64,000 bases of DNA from Blepharisma stoltei ATCC 30299 (Eukaryota > Protista > Ciliophora): the NCBI GenBank assembly GCA_965603825.1, contig CBFDEM010000029.1, forward strand, positions 62,001 to 126,000, read 5' to 3'. Each line of letters begins with the position of its first letter. Positions within the stretch are counted from its first letter, which is position 1. The translations under genes were made by a program, and so were the position numbers. Under the pieces are notes generated by a model. It had not been told where the DNA came from and made no database searches. It was given only the letters and a program-made list of their open reading frames with translations. This document shows, one piece after another, positions 12,900 through 24,147 of the stretch.

Positions 12900-13754
12900 T
12901 TAAAGATTGAGCTCTTTAAAAACTTTGAGCCTTTTATTCTTTAACTTAAATTGATACACTAGTTTATCATGACTAAAGTATCAAGAATCATTATATAAAG
13001 TATTTGACACAAAATAGACCATTTCATTTCTAAAAGGACTATCTGCTTTACAAGAAATTTTTCACTCATAAGGATCTTTTCAGCCACTTTCATATAAATT
13101 CCCTTTTGTCTCAATTAAATATGCTTTTTCTTTGTGTTTAAAAATTAATTTTGCTGATGAATCTGACAAGTTTAAAGGCAAATCCGAATATGAATTGCTA
13201 TAAATATCGTATAAATAAACAATAGAATTCCCTAGACTTGATACTAAAATCATGCTGAAAAACTCGCAGCATCAAGAATAATCTGGGATATCAGGAAATG
13301 GCGGTAATTTGACTCATCGATTTTCCTTGATGATAAATTTTTCTGGCCCTTCTCCTGGCTCTCCTGAATAATTAACGCAAAATACATAAACAATTCCATT
13401 ATGATATACAGAAGACGCCCCATAGCTTGGAAATGTGGACTTTAGTATGCGGATTTCCCGATTTTTATCGATAATAAACACAAGTCTTTCTTCAAAATTT
13501 TCTTGATTGAAGTCATAACTATAATCCATTGCATTCGTAAAAGCAAAAAATTCATTATCAGGGAGATTGCAAATGCAAAAATTTTTTAGGGATGTGAATG
13601 GAAGATGTAATTCTGATTTTAAGATAGATCCTGCTTTAATATTTGTGTCTAATAAGTAAAAGGAATTCGAAGAACTTTCGATACTAATGATGCAGCAAAT
13701 ATGAGTTTGCTCAGAGTTAAGAAAATCTTGCTTTGAGGGAAGTAATCATTTCAT
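12900..13754 (-). CDS. Divergent Kelch-like beta-propeller protein, ~284 aa, 6 TGA-Trp
   Basis: Uninterrupted 285-codon frame when TGA=Trp. Kelch-like GASSVYHNGIVYVF...EKFIIKENR-W-VKLPPFP and VYLYDIYSNSY. Confidence 0.7.
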
Positions 13755-13790
13755 TTTATTAAAATAATGCTTTTTCTATATATTTAGTGT

Positions 13791-14162
13791 ATGTCTATAA
13801 ATAAAATAATGGAAGCAGTAAAGGATTATGGAAGGTTCTGTGTAATTTGCCAAAACAATTACAATCTCACTACTATTCCTTATGTATTAAAATGTGGGCA
13901 CACGTTTTGCTATGCATGCGCAAATAAAAATTCATGTTCATCTAATACATCGAATAGGTATGAGTGCCATCTCTGCAGACAGATTAGTAATGATCCGCCT
14001 TCAAAAAATTTTGCATTAATAGAAGTATTGAATAATGATGATAGCTATGAAGTTACAAAATCAAAAAGCATTGGGTATTGTGCTGATCATGATATGGTTC
14101 TAATATTGGACTCATTATATGAACATAGAATACATGATTGATTTTTGCTTAGCAATTCTTAA
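13791..14162 (+). CDS. RING-HC zinc-finger protein
   Basis: CVIC...PYVLKCGHTFCYAC...CHLCR...KNFALIEVL; TGA 14139 read through to TAA 14160-14162. Confidence 0.75.
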
Positions 14163-14213
14163 ATTATATAATAATTATCACTATAATTTAAATTCGTAGT
14201 GATTGGATCTTAC

Positions 14214-15179
14214 CTAAAATTCCCAATTTGAATATCTTGAAGAAAATAAATTGCTTGGCGCTTCCAAAGAAATTCGACTATTAACCCCTTGCATAAATGA
14301 TGGTAATGGACAATTAGAATATTTCTCTCTCCCTGAAAGTTTAGAAAAATCCAAATTAAGCTGTCTCTGTGTTACTAAACTATAATTGACATCATAAGGA
14401 TCTGGAATATGCTTCAAGTTTTCATCCTTTCTTCCAATTGATTTATCTAACGAAAATGACTTAATCAGCTTTTTCAAAAAAGGCTCTTTATTTGGTTTAT
14501 ACTCTGGTGCACAATCAGAAACTCTATAAAACTCTTTCCTTGCAAGTTGCTTCGATATATCTGGCACCGTTACTTTTTTGAATTTTGTACAAATTTCTGG
14601 TGATAAATTTTGCTGAACAAATCTTTGCTCATTTACAGATATATTATGAAATGATCCTCTCTTCAATTGCTTATTAAATGGAATTGCAGATTGTAAATGG
14701 CTATTGCTGAAATTTTTTTCCTTTTTAATTTTGTGTCTAAACTGCTTTTGAGCAGTTGTCGCTTGTCTTATTTCAATTTTAGTTTTCTTTAGTCTTGGAG
14801 ATTGTATATGTTTTTGAGTAATTTCAAAGCTCGGGTTATAATGGCCACATGGAGGAGCACAATTTTTACCTGAAATATTTCGATAATAGTCTTCACGGGT
14901 TTGTGCTCGAAAAGCTGGAGATAATTTAGGGATCTTTGGCGAATTGTCTTCGCTTACATCGTGAGCCATTTCTTCTTTTTTAATTAGCTCATTTATCATG
15001 AGAGATTCTTTTAGATCTTCATCTTCGTCTGGGGCGAAGCGAAACTGTTTTTGGCGAGATTTTCCACTAACTATTTCATCTCTCTGTCCTAAAATCATAA
15101 ATCTATCTGCACTGTTTTTTCCTATCCGGGAAATCATTTTGGGAGTAAATTTTTGTTTTGGCGTAAATGTATAAGACAT
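14214..15179 (-). CDS. Basic hypothetical protein with a SHIPPO/STPG-like motif (possible ciliary microtubule-associated protein)
   Basis: 321-aa ORF; APPCGHYNP and related P..Y.P/V.N motifs. Confidence 0.5.
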   Translation of the reverse strand: MSYTFTPKQKFTPKMISRIGKNSADRFMILGQRDEIVSGKSRQKQFRFAPDEDEDLKESLMINELIKKEEMAHDVSEDNSPKIPKLSPAFRAQTREDYYRNISGKNCAPPCGHYNPSFEITQKHIQSPRLKKTKIEIRQATTAQKQFRHKIKKEKNFSNSHLQSAIPFNKQLKRGSFHNISVNEQRFVQQNLSPEICTKFKKVTVPDISKQLARKEFYRVSDCAPEYKPNKEPFLKKLIKSFSLDKSIGRKDENLKHIPDPYDVNYSLVTQRQLNLDFSKLSGREKYSNCPLPSFMQGVNSRISLEAPSNLFSSRYSNWEF

Positions 15180-15234
15180 CTTACAACTTTTTATAACTTT
15201 TTAAAATTGAAATAATATGCAAGCATAATTAATG

Positions 15235-15645
15235 CTGCTTGAGGGTATGAAAGTTTCAGAAGTATCACCAATGGATTTTGCAGAGTTTTACTAGTATATG
15301 GTGCAATAGCAAAAGATACATTTAATAATTGTGAATATTGAATTGACGAAATATATCAAAATACTTCAGCAATGTTGTTATTGATTTGGTCTCTAATCAA
15401 GAGATTTAATTGACTCTGGAGAACAAGAGAAGTGACCTCAGATGAAGCTAGAAAGCTTGCTCAGAGACAAAAATTGGAAGGATTTAAAGAAAATTCGCCA
15501 AAAGTGGATTAAATGCTGAGGAAACTTTAATGGATCGCACAAGAGTTCATTTTGAAAGATGGAAATACAGAAAAGAAATAGAGCCTGTTGAGAAAAAAAT
15601 TGAGTTAAGAATTGTAAAGTTCAAGAAAAAGATAAAATGCTGTAG
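15235..15645 (+). pseudogene. Decayed Rab GTPase pseudogene fragment
   Basis: Pieces in shifting frames: GYESFRSITNGF, VLLVY....KDTFNNCEYWIDEI, SNVVIDLVSNQ, REVTSDEARKLAQ, AKSGLNAEETL and a C-terminal KKKIKCC. No P-loop; several frameshifts. Confidence 0.7.
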
Positions 15646-16005
15646 TCTTATAATTATTTATGTCATAAATAATGATAAGTCTATGACGATTTCAATTCTA
15701 ATTATGGGATTGTAGGAGTAATATAATAATTGTTACAATCGAAATGGAAAAGGTAAATCGCATAGGACCAAAATTATCAATTTTATTTATAAATTATAAA
15801 CAAAAGTATCATATACTATTATGCAATCAGATTATATCTCATTTCGTGATAACATGAAGCCCATTATTAAAAAACAACTATTTAATATTTGATTTTTAAG
15901 AAAAAATTAAAATCAAATGTTATTTATCTGATTACTTATAAATTATTTAACTTGCAAACTTGTTGCTATAAATAGTAATCATCCTTTCATTTTTGAATAA
16001 GTTAA

Positions 16006-17811
16006 ATGATTAAAAGGGTCATCGCAAACTTCGAGTCAATTTCATCAATGCTTCCGTCAAACCAAGATACTACTCCAAACATGACAAGCACAGAAATCAG
16101 CGACTCAACAGATGCTGCAGTTTTGTCGAAATATAAGAAAAAATTCATGAAATGCCTAAACAACTCTCTCATGCAATTGACTATTTCAGTCCTAATTATA
16201 ATTTACGCATCACTTGCTACAGCCTTAATTACCTTTGATGCAGATTTAGATGATGCAAAAATCTCATTACTAGCAATCGAACTTGGTCTGCTTGCTTTTT
16301 TCGTAGGTGAAACTTTATGCTTCGCAATAATTTCTCAAGGAAAAAATCTGTCAAATTGACTTGATTTGATTCTGCTCATAATCTCGATTTTGATCGTTTG
16401 TTTTCAAATAAATGATCCAGAGCTGAAATTCGGTGATTCGTGAAGGCTAAAATCTCTACTGTTCATCCTGAGGATTATTTTAATTAACCGTCGGCTATTT
16501 GAATTGAATACAATTTTTATCCAATTCAAAACCAGAAGAATGACCACACGCAAAATTTCAACAACTCATACAGAAAAAGTTATTGATATTTTAGAAACCA
16601 TAACAAATTCATTTCTGTGCACCAAGAATTATCCATTAAAAGAAACCTTGCAGTTATGTTTAGAGTCAATAGCAAGGGCCAAAGCAGAAGACTTTGGGCT
16701 TGACGCAACTACAGAAGCTGATAAATTAAGATCCACAGAGTGGCCCAAAAAATCCAGAAAAAATTCAAAGGTTAAACCAATGAGGCCTTCTATTGAAACT
16801 CAAGACAATGGAGGCTCAGTATTTAACTATGGGGAAGACTCTTTATCTTTTATTATTCCTACCACTATTTCTAAATACTGTGCCAAAGTGAATGAGCTTG
16901 ATTTTGATGTTTTTAACTTGAAGCGTGCTACAGATGGAAAAGAGCTTACCTCAGTCATCGTTTTCTTATTTTCTGAAAATGAATTGTTCGGCTATACAAA
17001 TATATCACCCCAGAGCTTGGTGATGTTTATCGATGCAATCCAAGAAGGATATCATTATGATAACTCTTATCACAACGCTACTCATGCTGCAGATGTTACT
17101 CAATTTTTTAATTTTTTATTAACGACTTGTGGGGGGAAAACAACTTGCAATTTAACCTATATGGAAATTGCAGCTTGCTACATAAGTGCAGCAATTCACG
17201 ATTTTGAGCATCCAGGTGTAAATAATGTTTTTCTAATCAATACTCAAGATCCACTTGCAATTTTATATAACGATAAAAGTGTTCTTGAAAACCATCATAT
17301 AGCATCTGCTTTTAAATGTGCACAAGAGCCAGACAAAAATATTTTTTCCAGCCTAACCAATGAAGAAAGAAAATCATTAAGATCCAAAATAATATCAATG
17401 GTATTGGCAACAGACATGTCAAGACATTTTAGTGATATTGCGAAGTATAAAACAAGATTCTCGATAGATACTCCTATAAAAGATGATATAGACAGACTTT
17501 TGACTATGGAAATGATGATGCATAGCTCAGATTTAGGGAACCCATGCAGGCCTTGGGAGCTGTGCAAACAATGGACACAGCTAATAGTTCAAGAGTTTTT
17601 CATTCAAGGAGACAAAGAAAGAGAACTTAATCTACCTATAAGTAATTTGTGTGATCGGTATACGGTGAACATACCGAAGTCGCAAATTGATTTTATTAGC
17701 TTTATTATTGAGCCGACTTTTAATACTCTTGCCTTGCTTTTGAAAAAGGTTACAGAAAATGCTATAGAAAATCTAAAGAATAATAAAGCAAATTGGGCCA
17801 ACGAGCTTTAA
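16006..17811 (+). CDS. Class I cyclic-nucleotide phosphodiesterase with an N-terminal 4-TM voltage-sensor-like domain, ~601 aa, 2 TGA-Trp
   Basis: TGA 16357 and 16441 link the two ORFs in frame. PDE motifs YHNATHAADV, HDFEHPGVNN, SVLENHH, LATDM, HSSDLGNP, QIDFI. Confidence 0.85.
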
Positions 17812-18104
17812 ATTGATAAATCTATTCACAGAGGAATATTAATTTTCTATTAGAATATTCAATTTTTTATTTTAACTGGCCACTTTTCTAAAATCTTACT
17901 CTTGGATTAATTAAATGATTTTAAGTATATCAACCTTTTTGTTTCAATAAGTCTTTTGCCTCATTTTTCAATATAGCCAGAGTGCTGCATCTCTTCTTGA
18001 ATATTTTGATTCTATCTATTTCTAATTACTATTTAAACAAAGTATATTAAATTATAAAACCATAACGCCTTATTGACCAAACTAATCTTTTTGTGAAATT
18101 AAAA

Positions 18105-20063
18105 ATGGGTCTTGAAGAGGAGAGGAAAAAGGTTACATTTTGTGTGGAAAATCTGACCAGATTTTTATATGCCCAAATCCTCCCTGATGTCTCATTTGAA
18201 CGAATAAGAGAACTTAAAGATAAAATATTAAAAATCCCAGACTTAAACTACACGTTGGAACGCTATCATGACACAAGAGAGGATGCTCTTAACAGAGGAA
18301 TCCGTCAAGGCTTAGCAATGAGGGCAATTTTCCAAAAAGAAAATTGCACAGAGTCCGAAAGAAGAATGGTCATGGGTTTTTTCCCTGAAATCACAGCAGC
18401 TGTTCTTCAGTACGATTTCTTCATGCCAGCCTTCAATCTTCAAGCAAGCGAAGAACAAAAAGCTCAATACAAAGAAAAATTAGACAATTTAGAAATTATT
18501 GGGTGTTACGCACAAACAGAACTTGGTCATGGCTCAAATGTGAGGGGAATTGAAACTCAAGCAATTTATGATAATCAAAGAGATGAATTTATTATGAATA
18601 GTCCAACAGTAACTTCACATAAGTGGTGGATTGGCGGCCTAGGTGTCAGTTGTTCTCATGCACTGGTCGTGGCCAAACTTATAATGAACCAGCAAGATAT
18701 GGGGCCGCACACCTTTTTTGTGCCTATTAGAGATATGAGAACACATGAGCCTTTGCCTGGAATTACAGTAGGAGATATAGGCCCTAAAATGGGGAATCCT
18801 TGTGCTGATAATGGATTTTTAAGGTTTGATAACTACAGAGTGCCAAAAAGTGTAATGCTAACTAGGTTTGCCAGAATCAATGACAAAGGAGAATATGAGA
18901 TCTTAGACCCAAATGCACTGAAAGTCTTATATTCATCACTTGTAAGAGCAAGAGTTAACTTATCAAGAGACGCCTGGCACTATCCAACAATTGCAGCAAC
19001 TATTGCTATAAGATATTCTCTTGTCAGAGAACAATTTCCAGACCCTGAAAACCCCCAGAGAGAGCGTAAGTTACTAGACTACCAAATCCAAAGATCAAAG
19101 TTATTTACAGTTCTAGCCAAAATCTATGCTATTGTGTTTGTTAGAGCTGTGCTAACTGAAAAATATAACGAATCTGAAAGAAGAATGAAGAATATGGATG
19201 GATCTTTATTAGGGGAACTTCATGCACTGAGTTCTTTATGCAAAGGATTTATCACAGCATCTGCGATCGAGTGCATTGAAGTCTGCAGAAGGTGTTGCGG
19301 AGGTCATGGCTATTCTATGTACTCAGGTATCCCTCATTTATATGCTTCTTATCTTCCATCTGCTACCTATGATGGAGATAACAGTATTTTGATCCTCCAA
19401 TCAGCCAGATATATGACCAACATTATCAAAAAAATTCATAAAGGTGAGCCAATCCCTGACAAATACGTCTTTTTAGCAAATCCTATTCCTCACTTATCCG
19501 GCGACCAAAATCCTGCCAGTCCAAGTTTCCATCAAGCTTGCTTCCAAGCAATTTCTTATGTGAGCCTTAATAATCTAGCCAAGAGAGAAGCTCAGTTTTT
19601 GAAAAATGGAATGAAAAAAGAAAAAATCTGGACAGAAATATTGCAGATTGAAGGAATAGAAGCAGCAGAAACATTTTTCCATACATCTGTGCATGAAGAT
19701 TTTATTAAAGGACTTTCTTTAATAACCGATCCAAATGCAAAGCAAGCAATAGAATATTTAAGACAAATCTATGCGATAACTCAGCTGGATAAGTATGCAG
19801 GAATTTTGATTAACTTGGGAGCAAGCCCTAACGTCATTGATAAGATGAAAGATGTATTATTGGAGGCTTTTGATAAAACTAGAGATAACGCAATTGGGCT
19901 AATCGAAGCGTTTGAAAAACCTGACGAAATGTTGTGCTCTGTGCTTGGAAAAAGAGATGGGAATGTGTATGAGAGTATGCTTTTCGCAGCTAAGCACTTA
20001 AATCCAATCAATAAGTCAAGCGTATATCCAGGGATCCAGAAATATTTAAGACCTAAGCTTTAA
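18105..20063 (+). CDS. ACOX: Peroxisomal acyl-CoA oxidase
   Basis: GCYAQTELGHGSNVRGIET, KWWIGGLG, AIRYS, RRCCGGHGY, TYDGDN; C-terminal PTS1-like PKL. Confidence 0.92.
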   Translation: MGLEEERKKVTFCVENLTRFLYAQILPDVSFERIRELKDKILKIPDLNYTLERYHDTREDALNRGIRQGLAMRAIFQKENCTESERRMVMGFFPEITAAVLQYDFFMPAFNLQASEEQKAQYKEKLDNLEIIGCYAQTELGHGSNVRGIETQAIYDNQRDEFIMNSPTVTSHKWWIGGLGVSCSHALVVAKLIMNQQDMGPHTFFVPIRDMRTHEPLPGITVGDIGPKMGNPCADNGFLRFDNYRVPKSVMLTRFARINDKGEYEILDPNALKVLYSSLVRARVNLSRDAWHYPTIAATIAIRYSLVREQFPDPENPQRERKLLDYQIQRSKLFTVLAKIYAIVFVRAVLTEKYNESERRMKNMDGSLLGELHALSSLCKGFITASAIECIEVCRRCCGGHGYSMYSGIPHLYASYLPSATYDGDNSILILQSARYMTNIIKKIHKGEPIPDKYVFLANPIPHLSGDQNPASPSFHQACFQAISYVSLNNLAKREAQFLKNGMKKEKIWTEILQIEGIEAAETFFHTSVHEDFIKGLSLITDPNAKQAIEYLRQIYAITQLDKYAGILINLGASPNVIDKMKDVLLEAFDKTRDNAIGLIEAFEKPDEMLCSVLGKRDGNVYESMLFAAKHLNPINKSSVYPGIQKYLRPKL

Positions 20064-20182
20064 TACTTAATTGCTTATCAAAAAAAATAAATAATATTTT
20101 ATTTTAATAAAACTAAATCAAAAAGAATAAATGATATTTTATTTTAAAAAAAACTAAATTTATATATCTAAATAATTATCTT

Positions 20183-21589
20183 TTAAGTTCTCTTAAGCAT
20201 CATTTCAGTGAATTCTCTAAAATCAATAACACCATCGCCGTTTAGATCCACTTCATTAATAATTTGTTGTCATACCTCTTCTTTATAAGAATGATGCTTT
20301 CCAAGCACTCCTTTAAGCTCTTCAGCAGAAATAGTTCCATTTCCATCTAAATCAAAAGCTCTAAAAGCAGCTTCTAGCTTTTCTCTGCAAAGCAATCTAG
20401 TTCTATTTAGAGTAGCTGCTATAAATTCATTATAATCGATTTCTCCTGACTTATCAATGTCGACTTGGCCCATAATTCTTGCTGCTTCTCCTTCAATATC
20501 TTCTATTTGGTTTCCATATAAAATTCTAAATCCCTCAATGAGCTCATTTCTTGAAAGAGTGCCACTGTTATCAGTATCAAGCGACTTAAATAAGGTCAAC
20601 ATTTCTTCTTGTTCTTGTTTGGTTGATAATTGACTTGCCATAAAGGAAAACGTCGCCTTTTGTAAAGCCCTTTCAGCCCTAAATGATTGCAGATTAGTAA
20701 AAATGTTTCTTGCAGCAGCTGGGTTGATTGGGGTTCTGCTTGCATTGTGCATCCATGGGTGATTCAAAGCTTCTCTTGCTGTGCATCTTCTTTGTGGCTC
20801 AAAAGTAAGCATTTTCGATATTAAATCTTTTGCTTCAAAGCTGATATTGTCCCATTCAGGGCTTGGGTAGCTATATCTCCCAGAGGAAACTCTTCTTAAA
20901 ATTTGTTCATCAGTATTTCCACCAAACGGAGGATACCCACACAAGAATATATACATATTCACCCCAGCACTCCAAATATCGCATTTTTCATCATATGATT
21001 TTCTCAAGACTTCGGGCGCTATATAATAAGGAGTCCCAAACTTCTGAGTTAGCGTTACTCCTGGTGTGAAAAACTGTGCTGTCCCAAAATCAATAACTTT
21101 TAAATTTGCGTCGGCCTCTGGGGTGTCTAGCAAAAAGTTTTCTGGCTTCAGATCTCTATGCACAATATTTCGATCATGGCAGTATGCAAGCACAGACAAA
21201 ATTTGTCGCATATATTCAGCAGCAACTGCTTCTGAAAATGAGCCGTTGTTTATGATTCGGTCGAATAGCTCACCTCCAGAGCATAATTCAGTAATTAGAT
21301 AGTAATTCTTTTCGTCTTGGTAAAACTCGTAGAGCTTCAGGACGTTGGGGTGATCTAAAGCCCTGAGAACTGAAACTTCGTTGAAAAATGTTTGTCGCTC
21401 TTCTTCGCTGCGAAGAGTTTTTTTGTGAATTGTTTTCACTGCACGAGCTTCTCCTGTAATTCTGTGAGTAATTTTTCTGACACTTCCAAATGCACCGTCG
21501 CCTAATTTTGAACCAATCCTATAAGTGTCTCGCAGTTTTCCACCTCTTTCGACAACAAAGTCACCATGGGTCACGCGAATTGACTCCAT
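20183..21589 (-). CDS. Calcium-dependent protein kinase (CDPK), ~468 aa
   Basis: Kinase domain plus 4 EF-hands. The fourth (DLNGDGVIDFREF) lies after TGA 20270 read as Trp; TAA at 20183. Confidence 0.92.
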
Positions 21590-21984
21590 TTTATTTTTGG
21601 CATAATTCTGCTATAACTGAACTTGGAAAAAACTGGAATTTACTTTTTAATCAAAAATAATGAATTTGTAAAAGTTTACTATTTATAAGAAATAAAAATT
21701 TTTGTTTAAATGTAAAAAATTTTTTAATATTATTTATGATCATTTTTAATGATTATGGTAAAAAATGATTAAATTCTTTATAAAAGAACTAGTCTTTAGG
21801 ATCTGATAAGCAATTATGCTTAATGAAGTTAAAAGGCTTTCCCTTTATAGAAAAATAAAAAAATTAAAGAAAGCAAAAACTTGTTTGATCTTATTGCTCG
21901 GTTTCTATAATAATTTTTAAAATAAAGATACTAAAATAATAAATAATCTTATTAATACATTTTAGAAATCCCATTAAAGTTAAT

Positions 21985-23694
21985 TTAATTTATATATAAT
22001 TTACTGACAAATGGATGATTTCTTAACTCTTTAGCAGATTTTCGCATCTCAGGATCTCTCTGTAGACACAAAGATATAAAACTTTTAGCATCATTAGATA
22101 TGTCTTGAGGTATTTCAGGTATATCGTTAGATGTAGCAATTTTAAGCATTAACAAGACATGATTTTCCATCTGAGGCCAGGGCTGCTTTGCTGTCAGCAT
22201 TTCGATTAAGACGCACCCAAGGCTTCAAATATCTGCCTTTCTTCCGTATCCATTTTGTCTTACTACCTCAGGAGCCATTCATGGTAAGCTACCTTTTAAT
22301 GAATTAACCAAGCCTGATTCGTCGCTGTTATCATATTTCACGGAACATCCAAAATCGCTTAATCTAATTTTACCTCTTGAATCTAGCAATAGATTTGCTC
22401 CCTTTATATCTCTATGAATTACATTGTTGTCATGCAAATAAATTAAACCTTTTAAGATCTGCTTCGTATAAACCTTCACAGTTGATTCTGGAAGAGCTCC
22501 AACATTGAACAATAAGCTTGAAATACTTCCGCCAGGCAAATACTCTAAGTAAATGCAAAAGCTGTCAGCGACTGCTTCACTTCCATAATATCTTACAATA
22601 TGCTTATGGTCAAGATCTTTCAAAATATTTATTTCGTTTTTATACGCGTTTATAAACTGTGCTTGCGGTGTATTTTCCGGGTTAAAAAAAATTCTTTTGA
22701 CGGCGAATAATTCTCCAGTTTCATTATCAAATGCTTTTAAAACACATCCAAAATTTCCATTTCCAATGCAATCTCCTGCCTTCCAACTTCTTATAATTCC
22801 ATTAACACCTTCATATAGAGGATCTTTTGAAATCACTTTGAACTTGAATTCGTGATATTTGGCAACGCATGATGTTAAAAGCATCTCTTCTAGCATTTCT
22901 TCACGTGATAGCTGTCTATGGGTTGATGATAGGCCAACAATACTACTTGAATATTTAATCGAAAGCTCAGACCCCCAAGATTCACCTGAATGTGGCTCAA
23001 TTATTTTTCAAACAGCTGCTGGAGAATCAAACTTAGTCAAATCACTTGGCTCGGGAGTAGCGTCAAGTTTTTCTTCCTCGAAGTTTGTGCACGAATTTTC
23101 ATTTTTACTAATTTCTTCTGTATTGACTCTTGCAGGTGAATAATCAGATTTCGATTTCATTATCGGAGGCAGTGTGGGGGTTTTATTAGAATTTTCTCTC
23201 CTTCTCCTTTCGCTATTCAGCTTATATTTTGGCATGATTAAATTAATTTTATAAGCCTCTGGCTGAATAGGGCTTGTACTTTTTGAATAATCCCTTTGTT
23301 TGGATTTATTGAGGATTTTAGGAACTTTGGGAGGCTCTGTGTTCATTTTATGGAGTCGTTCATAAGTAATTTTTCTGGATGAAATATAGTCATGAGTTAG
23401 GGCATGAGGGAAATATAATTTTCCTTGGCCTGTGACTTGCAACTTTTGATCCTCTTTTTCAAATTTATTAAGTATTCTTAGTTTGTTGGTATAATATTTT
23501 GGAGAATCCATTTCAAGTCTGTTTGTTTTGCATACAGGATTTTGAGAGATTCTGTGTTTTAACGAAGCTGATGTGTGTTTTTTAATTCTAAATATAGGTT
23601 ACACTGGCATTAATATTGACGCTTTTTTAATTTCTGATGATTCACCTGAAAAACTTTCTTTTAGTCTGATCTCATTTTGCCTATATCTCTTCAT
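21985..23694 (-). CDS. STE11/MEKK-family MAP3K, ~564 aa, 1 intron, 3 TGA-Trp
   Basis: FAVK, HRDIKGANLL, KGSLP-W(TGA)-MAPEV, ADI-W(TGA)-SLGC; intron 23588-23602. Confidence 0.88.
23588..23602 (-). other. 15-nt intron GTAACCTATATTTAG
   Basis: GT-AG, A at position 10; removes an in-frame TAA and links to ATG 23694. Confidence 0.75.
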
Positions 23695-24147
23695 TTAGCC
23701 GGATTAAATAAGGAGTAGAATTATTATTTTTTGCATTTAATGAATTAAATGATATAAATAAAATTTTTGCAAGGTATCCTAAATGTTTTACAAAAATTCT
23801 ATCGAAACTCATTTAAAGTATAAATCGACGAAAATTTTAGAAACCAATAGAGAGTTTCATTTTTTTTTCCTATAACCGTTCCTATTCATATCTATAAATC
23901 TTTTATAATACATTATATATTTTGTGCGAATCTCAAGCAATAATTCTTATAAATGTAAAAAACCATTGCATAAGTACAATATCCTTAATATCCATTAAAC
24001 TTTAAAATATTAGAAACCCCATGCTTATCATTTTTAATTTCAAATTTACAATGATATAAGTGCACTAAATGACCGAATTGACACATTTATTCATTGGTAT
24101 TCCCTGATTTCATGAGATCTTTGCTATTTAAATTATAATTGGAAAAT

